Below, piece by piece: positions 1 to 13,420 of a DNA stretch of 64,000 bases; positions within the stretch are counted from its first letter, which is position 1; each line of letters begins with the position of its first letter. The translations under genes were made by a program, and so were the position numbers. The notes beneath the pieces are model-generated. The model was not told the DNA's origin and ran no database searches. It saw only the letters and a program-made list of their open reading frames with translations. The stretch is from Eledone cirrhosa (Eukaryota), in the NCBI GenBank assembly GCA_964016885.1, contig OZ024742.1, forward strand, positions 298,282,001-298,346,000, read 5' to 3'.

Positions 1-933
1 GCCAAAAAGGGTCATAGAAACCTAGCCAAACAAAGAGCTGAGAGGACTCTTGAGTTGTGTCAAGGGCACATAAATGCATCTATGGCTGGTGACATGATAA
101 AATGCACTCGATGCATCTTGTTGAGTATGAGAACATATGTGAGTTGCAGCCCCTGATCTATCTGAAAGGCAGTGATTCTCATTAAGTACTGACTTGGCCT
201 ATGATGATACATCTTACTCTTGCTAGCAGGAAAAATATAAGTATGATGATGATAGATGGTTAAGATCAAAAGGGGAAAAACAGTAAATCATTGTTTAACA
301 TCCATTTTACCAACTAGCAAGAACGTGGATCTACAATATAACATTTCTATGCCAAGCAAAACTGGTGAGAGGCTCAGATCAGATGTGAAATGTTAGCCTG
401 CAAATCAAGTAATAGGTTTTCAAATCTGGCAAAAATCCTTCAAAGCCAGATGTGAAATATAAGCCTCATTTCAAACTGTTCATTAAGTATAATAGTGATA
501 CAGTGCAGATTACATATAATTTATCCTAAGGTCATGAGTTTTATTCCAATCCGTACATTATGTCCTTCAACAAGACACTTTATTTCATATTGCTCCAACC
601 CACTCAGTTGTCGACATTGAGTTGTACCTATGATTCAAAGGATCAACCTTGTCACAAAGAGTAATGCTGAATTTCCCAGAGATCTTTGATAAGCGTATAT
701 GTGCATGTTGTCTGCTCAGTCACTTGCATTGATTCCATCAACTGGGATACGCATTGTCAAAACTGACAGAAGACCAACACAGGTATATACATGTAGTGTT
801 CATCATGTACTCACAAAAAACAAAATTGAACATAAGTAATAAGCCCATGTCAACTGACCTACTGACTTTGCCTCTTTTCTAACCTCAATCCTATATTTCT
901 TATCTATGAGATTCAATACTTTTAGTTACTTTA

Positions 934-1146
934 TCTATATATTAATTTGAACAACGTCAGTATTCCGTGTGTCATAATTCTCGATTATCATTGGTTCATA
1001 GGTTTCAAACGACTCCGCCCACCTCAACGACGCCAAACTAAAATTAATATGCATAATGCCAATGAGGGAATGAGAGGGGAGAGTGTGAACACTATATGTG
1101 TCTGTTATCATCTGTTTACCCGGGCGAAGCTGGGTACGTCAGCTAG
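934..1146 (+). mobile_element. Non-autonomous Helitron (~213 bp)
   Basis: Starts A|TCTATATATTAA; ends with hairpin TACCCGG-GCGAAG-CTGGGTA followed by CTAG|T; A/T target, no TSD. Confidence 0.7.
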
Positions 1147-1200
1147 TAATAAGGTAAACTTTCAAAATTTATCTTCCATTTTATGTGTATCTTTCAACAA

Positions 1201-1327
1201 CGGCCCTTGCCATTCTGAGTTCAAATCCCATCGAGGTTAACTTTGCCTTTCATCCTTACGGGGTCGATAAAATAAAGTACCAGTAATGCACTGGGTAATT
1301 GCTGTGCCAAAAGTAGAAACAATTATT
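1201..1327 (+). mobile_element. tRNA-derived SINE, 5'-truncated (family A, Meta-type central domain)
   Basis: B-box GAGTTCAAATCC, core GGTTAACTTTGCCTTTCATCCTTACGGGGTCGATAAAATAAAGTACC, end GTAGAAACAATTA; shared with >10 copies in the window. Confidence 0.75.
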
Positions 1328-3339
1328 TCTTCACAGCATATTTCTGTTCACATTAGACATCATACCAGTATTTATATTACCCAATGTTTTAATGTCACTT
1401 CACTTTCTCAACTCATTTATGTTCAGATCTTATCACATGTTAAAATTGCATTTCAAGCAATATATCTTTTTCCCAATAATTGCTGATTCCCTGCATTCAC
1501 TATTCAAATTTTATTGTCCACTTTTCATGCAGACTGATACAACCTACCTGCATGGAGAGATAATCTCTTTGATGTAAATGGAAAGAACAGTTTGTAGAAA
1601 AATCATAGCAACTATGATATGGTTCACTCGTTTCCATTGCTGGTTATATCATATATCATATAGATAACATAATTTATCTACTAATTCTTTGGCCCATATA
1701 AGCATCCCATGGTTTTCAGTAGATGGCTACTCCTGCTGTTAACTACGCCAATGTATCTGGCATTACTAAATATTTGTTTTCCAGTCTCTCAAATATCCTG
1801 GGGTATCTCTGTGGTAACTATTATAATTTTTCTAGTGGTTATAATGTGTTAGCAAATTAAGATTTATCAATCATTTTTGATTATTAAATTTACAATATTT
1901 CTATGTATAGCAGTGTTGTAATAACATTAGGAACATTTATTCCTTGTGTATAGGATCAGCAACTGTTCAGAGCTGAAGTAGTTCCTGACCTTATAATAAA
2001 GTTTTAGTATTTGAGATGAACTTTTAGTATATGTTTTTTCTTATGTTTTATTTTGTTTGTTTACTCAGTACATAAATAATTCTGGTGGGAAAGTTTTGGT
2101 TTTCTTTTTACTCAAGTGAAGAATTTAGGGAGAGAGAGATACAATGAAAGAGAGAAAATGAAATCATATAAAAAAGATATCTCAATGTAGTTTACTGTTC
2201 AATCTCATATAAATTAATATATGCTCTGCCTAGCAACTGTATATGTGATGTGGTAAATAAATATATACAGTTACGTTAGTGTTATTTTACCCCAAAAGAC
2301 ATTTTCAGATGTGAGATGCATTATTCATGTAGGACATATTTGTTTCTCTACACTTTAGTCAGGAAAGGAAGGGCAGTATCCATGACCCTTTATGGGCTGC
2401 CTAAACAATACATCTCACAGTTAACCAGTTTGATAAAAAGGAGAGATATATATTATACTTAAAATCAATAAAAATAATGTATGGTTTGTCATCAGGAAAG
2501 GCATCTGGCAATAAAATATTGGCTCAAAAAATTCCATACAATAACAATACCATGGTAAAGTGGATGTAAAAATGATGATGATGATGTCATAGAACAGACA
2601 AATACCCAAAATAAGTTTACTTATATTCAAATCAAGAGTTTATTAATAGATTCATAGCTGTCATTTTACACAGCTAAAATTAAAAATTAATATTTACATA
2701 TTTACTAAACAGTAATTCCATATACATTATCTAATTAGGTTTACTCTTCCTTATATTAAAAGGTTGTTTGCTATCTTCATTATCTGATATCTGTGATTAC
2801 TGATCTAGCCTATGATAGTACAGACATAACCAATTTTACTCATGCATATTATCGCTAGTGTTATCTTTAAGTTTACTGTGTAGGCTCAGGACGAAAGTAA
2901 TTTTCTCCTACTCATAAATATTTATAATTAATCTTCTGCATCTTCAGATTTTTGTTCAGCATAAATCTTATCATAATGTACACTAATTCATTTATAAATT
3001 AGAACATTCAGTGACTTCTTGGTTTAACGTTTCTTCTCTGAAAGTGGTGGAATGGAAAAGAAAATATCCTCAAGCTGAAGACCTGGCCTGAATGCTTGCA
3101 TACATTCCACTCTAGTATTTGAGATGATCTTTTAGCTATGTTATAAGGGATTATCAGATATGTAGGATCATATAAGGTTTTCTTCAACTTTTTAGTTAGA
3201 GTGGGAAAAGGAGTACATGTGGCCTTTGAGAATGGTGAAAGAAAAGAAGGAAGCTGTCCTCAGATTGAAGATCATATTCAAACACTTTCAACAGAGTGGA
3301 TTCTGCTAAAACCACAAGTGGTGCTGAACTGGGAAACAT

Positions 3340-4070
3340 TAGATCTACCACTCAAGTAGTCTGTGGCAAGATTTGAACTAAAAATGGAAAGAGCTAGAAC
3401 AAAACCACACCACATTTCATGTGACACTTTACCACTTCTGTGAACTTTACCACTGCTGTGAACTTAAAATGCTAAGAGCAGTTTTAAATTGGACAATGAA
3501 TCAAGTCTATCTCTCTAATTGTTTATGGCAGCATTTCAACTTAGAGGCCAGAGAGCTGGAACAAATTCTGTAAGTCATCACATTCAATGTTTTAGAAAAT
3601 CCATTAATCCCTTACCATGGATTAGCACGCCATTTAATTACTCCCAAAAGAATGCAAGGCAAAGTTGACCTTGGTGGAATTTCAACTCAGAGTGTAGTGA
3701 GCTGAAACAACTACCATAATGCATTTTGTCTGACACTCTACTGCTTCTAACAATTTACTGTTGTTAATTCCGACTGCAAAGACTTGTGTTAAACTGAGCA
3801 AGGATTAAGTGTATATATTACCTACACAGGCCATAGCAAGGCCAGAATAATTATTGGATTTTGATTTAGACTCAAGACCAGTAATCTTAGGGAGAGAGGA
3901 GGTCGATTAAATTAACCCCTGCACTCAATTGGCAATATATTAAATTGACACTAGATGGATGAAAAGCAAAGTTGGCCATGGCAAAGTTTAAACTCAGAGA
4001 GTAGAAAGCCAGAATAAATATTGCAAAGCATCTGATGCTCCAGTGACAGCCACTTCACTACTTTTGCTAC
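3340..4070 (-). mobile_element. Cluster of old, degraded family A-like SINE copies
   Basis: Repeated degenerate GGCAAAGTTGACC..GGATTTGAACTCAGA motifs, the reverse complement of the SINE B-box and core. Confidence 0.5.
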
Positions 4071-4509
4071 TCTTTCAATCAAATATGTTATCCTCATACA
4101 CACATACAAGTAAATTCATGTAACAATAGTTGGTCTATGAAAATAAATTTGTCACACTTCAATATAGGTCAGAGTGATGATATATATATATATATGCAGA
4201 CACACATACACGTGTATATGAAATCAATAAACTAACATAGAATTCTCATAATTCTTTTGACAATATTTTTCACAGCTGTTATGTAAGATTTCATTTTCTT
4301 TCTTCCTGCAAAATGCAATTTTCTTCCACTAATGTTATAAAAGTTGTTATTTCATCACTACAAACACAATAGTTGTAATCTTTGCCATCATACACCAAAT
4401 ATCAATCCAATTCTGGTATTTACCACTACATTTATGTAACTCAAATATGTACACCAGTCAAGTGAAAAAATGTGGCTTAGTTGTTAGGGTATTCAGCTCA
4501 TTATCCTAA

Positions 4510-5231
4510 CTAGCAGAAAAACCACGCTTCGGGTGGTTTTCTGCTAGCATGTGTAGTGTGTATATTGATATTTTACGCAAGTATATATACATGTAGATAT
4601 GATGCATCAAATAAAATCGTAATTGACAATATAAACAGAAATTGAACGAAGACTGTGTTACACTGTCTTATGTAATCAGTAACGTAATCCATGATACATT
4701 AAAAAAAGACGATATTATATATAAACTGCATTAGGAGAAAATTAGTGACAGAAAATTAGTATGTTTATTTAAGTAATCGCTACCGGAAGTGTTGACATCA
4801 CACACTCTCTCTTTCTATATATATAGTAGTTGAAGTGGTGGCAACGATATACCGGAAGTGCAACTTTGAAAAGAAGTCAATTTTAAATTATTTATTTTTA
4901 CGAAATTATTTTTGTTTACTAAATTTAGTAGATAAATTATGTAATATTAATTCATTATTTATTCACGGTAGAGGGTCGGACGCCATGCTTTCCAGCATAG
5001 TTACGTCCCTTTACGATCTGAGTTCAAATCCCGCTGAGGTTGACTTTGCCTTTCATCCTTACGGGGGGGGGGGTCTATAAAATAAAGTACCAGTAATGCA
5101 CTGGGTAATTGCTGGCCTTGTGCCTAAAGTAGAAACAATTATTTATTCAAAGTAATCCAACTTATTTTACAAACGGGATAAAAAAAAAAACCATACGCAG
5201 TCCCGCAGACCTTCCTTTATTATAGTTTAGA
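4510..5231 (-). mobile_element. Composite non-autonomous Helitron interrupting an older SINE
   Basis: Minus strand begins A|TCTAAACTATAATAAAGG at 5231 and ends with hairpin CCACCCGAAGCGTGG then CTAG|T at 4510. The flanks (4470-4509 and 5232 onward) rejoin as a tRNA-like SINE head. A second 5'-end-like motif lies near 4828. Confidence 0.6.
4966..5141 (+). mobile_element. Family A SINE nested in the Helitron
   Basis: Same B-box, core and 3' end as the other copies. Confidence 0.8.
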
Positions 5232-6091
5232 TGCTATAAGCTTAATTCCAGACACTTTGTTCTGCTGTTGAGCAAGATGCTTCATTATACATAGCTCCAG
5301 TATATTCAACAGGTAAAACAAAGTTGCGTCTGCAATACACTGTGCCACATTGTATCTCTCTGAGAATTGCATTAAGGATGCATGTGTCTGTAGAATGCTC
5401 GGCCACTGGCTGGAGAGGTTGTCTTACTGTTCAAACAACCGGAACACTCTTTGTCAGAATTAACAGTGGTCCAACAACAACAAAACCAATAATATTATTT
5501 CTTCATATTTTACCATTCATGTTTTTAAAATAAAATATTTTATTGAGCAAAAAGAAAAAGAAACAAGTTTGGATAAAGAAATGGGGAATCTCTATATGAT
5601 TGATTGGATGGTATATCTTAGTTGTGTCTCACAGACCAAAAGTTAAAAGTGTTGCTAAATAGGGCAGCCAGCGATACTCATTGTACCAGCCATTCCACCT
5701 CATGGGTGTTCATTCCTCAAGCTTGATGCTTCATCCCAATTTGATGGAGAAAAAGAACAGCCCATGGAGGTCTCAATGGTGACTGATACTAAAGGAAAAT
5801 GGTTAGTCAATGCCTGTCATTTAGTCATCTTCCACTTCTCAGTGTTATGGGTAGTAGTGCCTCAGTCTATGACAGAAAAAATGAGGTTGACTCTAATTAC
5901 ATTTTTCAGTCAGTAGATTGTGGCCATGCTTGGGCACTATCTTTAGAGCATCTAATAAATTGTATCACCCATATTACTTTAATATTTTAAAGTCTGGTAC
6001 TTATTTTATCAATCTTTGTTGGTCAAACAGCTATATATCTATATACATATGCAGACATACAGAAAACATTGTCACACATACATATACAGAC

Positions 6092-6127
<36 letters not shown>

Positions 6128-8689
6128 ACATATGTGAGGGGCTTCTTCAATTTCCATCTACCAAGTATCGCTCACAAAGGATTGCTCAGCCCAAGGTGTT
6201 ATGCAATGGCACTGAACCTCTGCTTATATGTGAGTATATTATCAAATAAAACTACAAAAAGCTCCAGACAATGCTTTGAGAAAGAAACTAAATGAAAACA
6301 CTAACTGTTTATTGATTGGTTGTATTATTGACCAATGGAAGATAAATCATTCAGCTCTGCTTTAAGTGAAGTCAAACAGTTACCATTGGACATATTGAAG
6401 GTTACAATATGTGTAACCATATAGATTTGTTGTTAGATTACAATAGGAACTAAAGGAAATAGAGACAGCCATTAGTTCCAGTTCCAGTCATTCATTTCAC
6501 CTCTATAACCAATCTCTCTAAAGAACCAAATAGAAAATAAAAAGAAGTGTTGCTTCCTTTAAACATATTTAACTGAGTATATATAATCATTTCCACTTCA
6601 TTGTTCAGGATTTAACAATAAAGAAAGACATTAAGTTTTTAAAATGTTTGCTCCCAAACTCATCCAATTTATGGCTAGAATAAAGCCATAAATATCTACT
6701 TAAACACAGACAATTGCCTGAAGGAAATAATATATAATGTGTGTGATAATATATAATGTGTGTGTATGAGTGTGTTTGTGTGTATGTGTGTGTGTATGCA
6801 CACGCACATGTGTATGTCCTGAAAAATTCTTTGAATTCCTCCTATAAAGAGCTGGTTGGTTTCTAAGTAAGAAAGAAAGCTCAAATATTAAAAATTTAGT
6901 CATGTAATTTGATATAGTTACACACTAAACTTTAGAAAAGTTTTGTTTATTTTCACTGTTTTGGTTACAGATGAAATTTACAGAATACATGTGAAAATTG
7001 TTTTTTATGTTAGAAAATCTAAATTTTTCAGGATAACAAGCTTTCCCTAAGTGGGTCTTGAGGAATCTCTATGGTTCTGCAAAAACTCTGGGTTTCTGCA
7101 ATATAACAAGTTAGCAAAATCTTATAAGGATTGTTTTATGTTTTTTATACATATTAATTCTTTCTTTAAAACAGTTTTTGTTTATTTAATGTCTTATTAA
7201 TGTTAGGGTGTAGGGGATTATAGAAAAAATATAGGAATGTGTATAGTGATTTTTGAAAAATCATATAAGAGTTCTGCATTGAAATAAGTTTCAGAACATT
7301 TGGTTCCAGAGGACTGGTATTCTGAAAAGAATGTTTAGCAAATGTATTGATTTAACAGCTCTGAGTGTGAAGAACCTTTCAAACATTATTATAACGAAGC
7401 CATCAAATCACAAGGCTTTATTATTATATTCCTCCTCATAATTTCCCTCAGAACTTTGATGCATTATTGAATATTATCATGGTATGCATGTGCATGGGAG
7501 TGTTGCCTTTTTACTGAGATGTTTCTTTTCATTCTCCTATTAAGAGGTTGTGGGCTGGAGACAAACTTCTGGTTAATGTTTGTTATATAATGCAGTTATT
7601 TTTGGTATGAAACTCCTCATTCAAAAAGTTCTGTTTGCAGTTTAGAATTACCATACATTTTGGATAGTTTTCTTCTTAAGTTGTAGTTGATGAGCTGTTA
7701 AAAGATGTTGTTCATCATACTCATTACAACCATCTGCCTAATTCTATAGTATAGGTTGCTCCCATTATAGTCTATTTTCCATCTCCACTTTACTGAGTTC
7801 TCTGCATGATAACTCATCAGTATACTAATGTATGTGTGTTTATACTCTTGTCATTATTTATGTTTATAAATAATTGTTTCTAACATAGTCACAAAGCCAG
7901 AAATCTTTAGTAAAATGATTCAGTTGATTATATTGATCCTAGTACTTGAATAATTGACCCTGGAAGTATGGAAGGGAATGCTGAACTTTGCCAGGATTTG
8001 GACTCAAAATGTAAAGGACAAAACAAAAAAATGCCACCTTATGCTCTACCAATTCTGCCAATGTTCCAGTCTTGTTTTCAATAAATAAGAATCTACTAAA
8101 ATCTTCACACTGTGTTTGTTATACATTCCAGTCTATAGTGCACACATCTACAAAACTAAACATCCTCAATATCTTTCGAAAATATGTCATCTCTGAACAA
8201 ATATGACCCTAAAGACAAAGTACTAGCAGAGCCATAAGAGCCAACGAGAATATACCTTGCCATGTCTCTTCCAGCTCTGTATGTTCAAATATTAACTTCT
8301 GATGATATAATGAGACTGGCACCCATTTCATTAAAAGACTTAAGAAAACAATTATGGGATGCAGGAACATCTGAAGCCATTTAAACCTATGTCGGTGTGA
8401 GCTATAACAACAACAACAATTTGGCCACTAACAGCAGTCTTATTGAATAGCCAATTATTGCTGTGATCTAACAATGAGATTGTTATATTCAAAAATTGTA
8501 GCAGTACATATGAACTTCAATTTACCAAGTATGAAAGCCAATATACTAAGAATATATATTTTTACCTTTGATAGTACTATATTATTTAATATTAATTCTG
8601 AATGAAGACCATACAATCTGAATGTATAATCAGGAGCTATAATTCAAATATAAAACTAAGTAATTTAAAATAAACTATTTACAGATTTT

Positions 8690-8890
8690 TACATGCGAAA
8701 CCAACAGGTAAGACACCCAGAGGTAGACACCGAGCAAGATGGTTGGATAACATCCATGGGCCAGGCTGGTCACGCTTTGGGATCCAGCTGGATTAGTTAA
8801 TTCTGACAGGACCCACTGGAGGGAGTGTTTGAGGACTCTGCTTTCACAACTCTCTCAGGAATAAGTGAGCAAAAAAGGAAAGAAGAAGAA
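8690..8890 (+). mobile_element. RTE-like LINE 3' remnant with (GAA)n tail
   Basis: Reads KPTGKTPRGRHRARWLDNI (RTE C-terminal RxRGRPRxRW motif); related pieces at 29108-29250 and 35060-35550. Confidence 0.55.
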
Positions 8891-9772
8891 GTATTTACAC
8901 ATTGTAAATACTGTAAATAGAATGGGATGCATAACTGGGAGAAAGGAGCAGACTGTTGTAGGCTTCGTGTAGGGTACTAAATACTCAGATGCTGGCCCTG
9001 TGAACATCTATTCTAAACCAGACACAAACAATATCTTCTAATACTCTAAAGACTCTGCCTAATTGCTACTAAAGATTAATGCTGATATGTTCTCTTTATG
9101 ATTGTTATGCTAGTCTCTAGAATAATATCCTAATGACATCATTATAATTCTAGTCAATATTATATATTTTTTCCCATATGCAGACAAGATTAGCTACTTC
9201 ATATTTTATTTAAAATATGACTCCATGCTTTCCCCCTTAGTGTTACTTATTCTTCTGTGTAATAATTTATGTATTATTAGTGTCTCCATAGAATATTTTC
9301 ATATCAGTTTCCAGATCTCTACGCACAGACAAACACCATCATACACACACACACATAAATATATACATATACACATACAAATACTTCTATAGCAATATAC
9401 ACACACATCATATTCACACACACACATATATAGGTGGAATTCATTAAGATTAATTGCATATCGTTTGTATAATTTGTAATGCATAAATTTTAAAATGAAT
9501 TTTATTTTTAATAAAACAAATATTTGAATTATTTTAGACACAATATACAGTCTATGCTTAATATTTTAATTAGAATTTTAAGAGGGCATAGTTCTCGTTT
9601 GACCCTCTCAAACTCCATCATGTCCTAGTCCCTGAATTCTTAAGTAGTGAGGGTGCCATAGTGATATATGTCTTGTCCATTTAAGCCTGGTAGAGCCTAT
9701 CACTCTCCAGGTCTGAACAGAGCTGCCTTCCACCAGAAAAGGATAGAAAGTGTGAGAGAAGTGAGAAAGAGA

Positions 9773-9988
9773 TTAACCCTTTAGCATTTACATTACTCTA
9801 TATATACAATTGTATTTTCATGGTAAAGGCTTTATCTTTCATAATATCAAATCTATGAGATTTTGATGTTATTCATTTTGAGAACAATCCCTTAACATCT
9901 ATATGAGTGGCCGGTTACGGCTGGTTTGAACAGAAAAAGGTGAGAAAATTCTGGCCGGATAGAGCCAGTTTAAATGCTAAAGGGTTAA
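9773..9988. mobile_element. piggyBac-type MITE
   Basis: TTAA-CCCTTTAGCATTTA ... TAAATGCTAAAGGG-TTAA terminal inverted repeats with TTAA target sites. Confidence 0.8.
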
Positions 9989-11959
9989 GAGAAGAATTGC
10001 CCCTTGTACTGGACTGATACTTCATTTATCAATCCAGATGCCATCTTAATAATGAGAAAATTATTTTCCTAAATTCTTTTTATTTGAAAATTATAGGCAG
10101 TGTCTTTCATTGGATATACAGTCATGAAAGGGTTAAATGCTAACACCAGGATTTATTCAAAGCTACAAACACTAACAATCAAGTATAAATCTTCAAGTAA
10201 ATTAACTGTCAAAAATGTATCTACAGAAAAGGCATCTCTAAGAGATGTTATTCCATTCTTTTTATAACATTAATTTCTCAGGTGTTTCCTTTGAATTATT
10301 GATTAACTCACATTATACAAATTAGATTATATTTGCTTTGTAAAAACCACTACAATGCAGCTGAATTATAAATAATAGTTGAATAAGTTGAGTAGAGTAC
10401 ACCTGAAGATAGAACCACCTGCAGGAATTGAATCCATCTGTCAAATACCTGATTACCACATTTAATTTAACCATTACGCCAAAGCACCTCTGACAGTCAT
10501 TTCAGAAACTTTAACTGTTAAGCTAGAAATGTAAATATTGTTTCGTTTTTGAAGTATTTAGGAAATATTTAGTATGTGCTTAATATAAATATTAATGTAA
10601 ATAGCATCAGACTATAGCTTTCATTTGGGACAGAAAAATATGGGTAGCTATCTCCTGATAAATAGATAATTAATCCTAAAACATGTATAGGCAATCTCAT
10701 GTTCTTTTTTTTCACTATGTATGACGGGAATAATAAAATGTTTTTCACACTTGTTTAAATTTTCACAGTGAGTTTTATCAATTGTAACTAACTATACATA
10801 TATTAAATTTACCTGAAAATTTCCAATATATGCTGTATTGCACATAAATAATCACTATGTATGTGTGTATGTATGTGTGAATGTATGTATGTATGTGTGT
10901 GTGTGTGTGTGAATGTATGTATTTCTATTTACAAAATAACTATATGGAAAAATAGATGAAGATATAAAGTTATTTGCAAATAAAAATACCTGCAAATACA
11001 TCAGCTTGACAATCAACATGTGTGTGTGTGTGTGTGTGTGTATACTAGTGTGTATACATAGAGATGTCTAGATGAATGAGAAAGAGGCAAATGCACATTT
11101 AGAGAGATTGAGAGAGAATGAGAGTGAGAGAGACAGACAAAGAGGTAAAAATATGGAGAGATGTTAAGTCGCAATTTATTTTTTACTTATTAAATTTGTG
11201 ACTATCAACATATATAATATATATAAATTGTGTGTGTGTGAGTGTACACGTTTTACACTAATTTTCTTTTTCCTCATTTATTTCAGTGTTTGACTAAAAT
11301 CTAAATCAAACAGATTCTTTCATAAATCAATATTTATACTATGCCATCTGTTAAGTTATTTGAGACGACATATAAATGAAATGTATATATTGGTGACATT
11401 AGACTTAATGGTGAAGCCAAATCATCAGCTTTTTAAGTGTTTTAACGCTACTAAGCTAGAAAATGGTCATATAAATTCCACATTATATTCGTAATGGCTA
11501 ACATGAGTGAAATTCTGCTGAAAAAAAGGAAAATGGCTGTTACAAAAACAATCCATCTTATAGTAAATTGTGTATTTTTCTTTATATATTTTGTTTATTT
11601 GAAATCTAATTCCAATTTTTGATATATCTTAATCCATTTCACATCACATCATTCCAATGCATGATTCTTGTAATTTACCAAATGTTTTCAAAATATTTCT
11701 TTAATCCTAGTCATTTACTAAATGTTTCAAAAAGATCATCTAATCTAAGAATTGAATGGAAATAGATATGTTCCAATTTCACAGCATGACACTAATTTTT
11801 TTCGCAAATACAACTTTATGTGATGTTACAGAAAAAGTGTCTGTGAACATTATATGTAATTTATTAATGTACTAAACTACAATTAATTATTGTTAAAATA
11901 ACAATATACACTTAGGAAAAATTTACCATAAAAAGCTACAACATTGATTTCACTGTCAA

Positions 11960-12490
11960 GATTAATAGCATGGAGTTCAAAAAGAGTAAAGTCTGCAAAA
12001 GTCTGTCACTGTGCAGGCATCAGCTTGTTCTTGATAAATTGTTTCAACAGTAATGATCACTTGATGAAATGTTTCACCATGCTCGTCACTGATCTTTTTC
12101 AAAGTACAAAGGAAAAAAATCTAAGTGATTCTTTAAAAAGTGAATCTTCACGCCCTGCACATTGAATAAATCCAGGAGGTCAGCTATGATTGCTTTGGAA
12201 TTCAAGCTTTGGTACTTTCCTATAAAGTTTTCAACTCTTTAACAGCATCATATGCTCATCGGTCAACTTTATTCAATGAATCTCTGAACAATTTTCAAGT
12301 GTCTGGTCTAATAAACATGCCTTCTTTAATCTTTGCTTCACTTAATCAAGGAATGATATCTTTCAACAACTTGATTGGTTGCGCCTCAGGATCCAGTGAC
12401 TTGACAAAATGCTTGAGGATTCCAAGTTTAATATGTAGTGGCAGAAAGCTAATTAGCCCAGGTGAAACTTGTGGGGCATATTGAATGGTT
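11960..12490 (-). pseudogene. Decayed DDE transposase, CMC/Chapaev-3-like
   Basis: Manual translation gives LPLHIKLGILKHFVKSL..P*LSEAKIKEGMF..ISDEHGETFHQVI with stop codons; family assignment rests on remembered motifs (PLHIKLG, SDEHGERFHQ). Confidence 0.65.
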
Positions 12491-12721
12491 ATTTTCCCTG
12501 GTCTCCATCCATGACATGCTGACCCCTATGGGGATTATGATGCCTGTCATGGTGTCTGCAAGGCTTATTGCAGATTTAGCAGGGAAAATTCTGTTAAAAC
12601 TTTTGTTGTTCAAACATATGTGACAAATTTAACATTTGAAAATTGATTGGCTAAATTCCTTTTAATTGGCATTTTTAAGCAGGAGTTTATATTTTTATAT
12701 ATTTGTGGATCATCATTATCA

Positions 12722-12910
12722 TGGATTGGCAGTATCGGTAGAGCGTCAAACCTCATGCTTTGCAGCATAGAGTTACGGCCATTTACGGTCTGAGTTCAAA
12801 TCCCACCAAGGTTAAATTTGCCTTTCATCCTTATGGGGACGATAAAGTAAAGCACCAGTAATGTATTGGAGTAATTGCTGGCCTTGTGCCAAAAGTAGAA
12901 ACAATTATTA
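12722..12910 (+). mobile_element. Full-length family A SINE
   Basis: A-box-like TGGCAGTATCGG, B-box GAGTTCAAATCC, core, (ATT)n end. Confidence 0.85.
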
Positions 12911-13365
12911 TCAGCTTTACATGGGACTAGTTATAATCATGTTTTGGCTGTTGTATCCTGGGGACTTTTACATCTGGTTCAATATTCCAAGAATAATACT
13001 GACTTCAATACCATGGGAGTAGATTATTCACATTCCATTGTCCACAAGTAGGATATCATTTTATTAGTTACTTGTGATGTTCTTTGTTTGTTCTGCTTAT
13101 ACTAGAATATATATATATATATATAATATTATAATATAAGTATGTATACGCACATACACTAAGAGTGAGAAATGAAATTTTGTTTCATTCTTTTCCATTT
13201 ATAATATTATATATATATAAATATAATATTAATGAGAGTAAATTTTACTAATTTACTAGGCGTATTTTTAGGATCATGCAGAGATGGTATATAGTTACAA
13301 TTTGCTTTCAAACCAAAAATTAAATGCCTTGAACTTTTAATTTTTGTTTTGTAAGTAAATTGCAG

Positions 13366-13418
<53 letters not shown>

Positions 13419-13420
<2 letters not shown>

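Noticed and set aside
12722-12810. tRNA-like A/B boxes
   Set aside because: SINE heads; no cloverleaf or acceptor stem.
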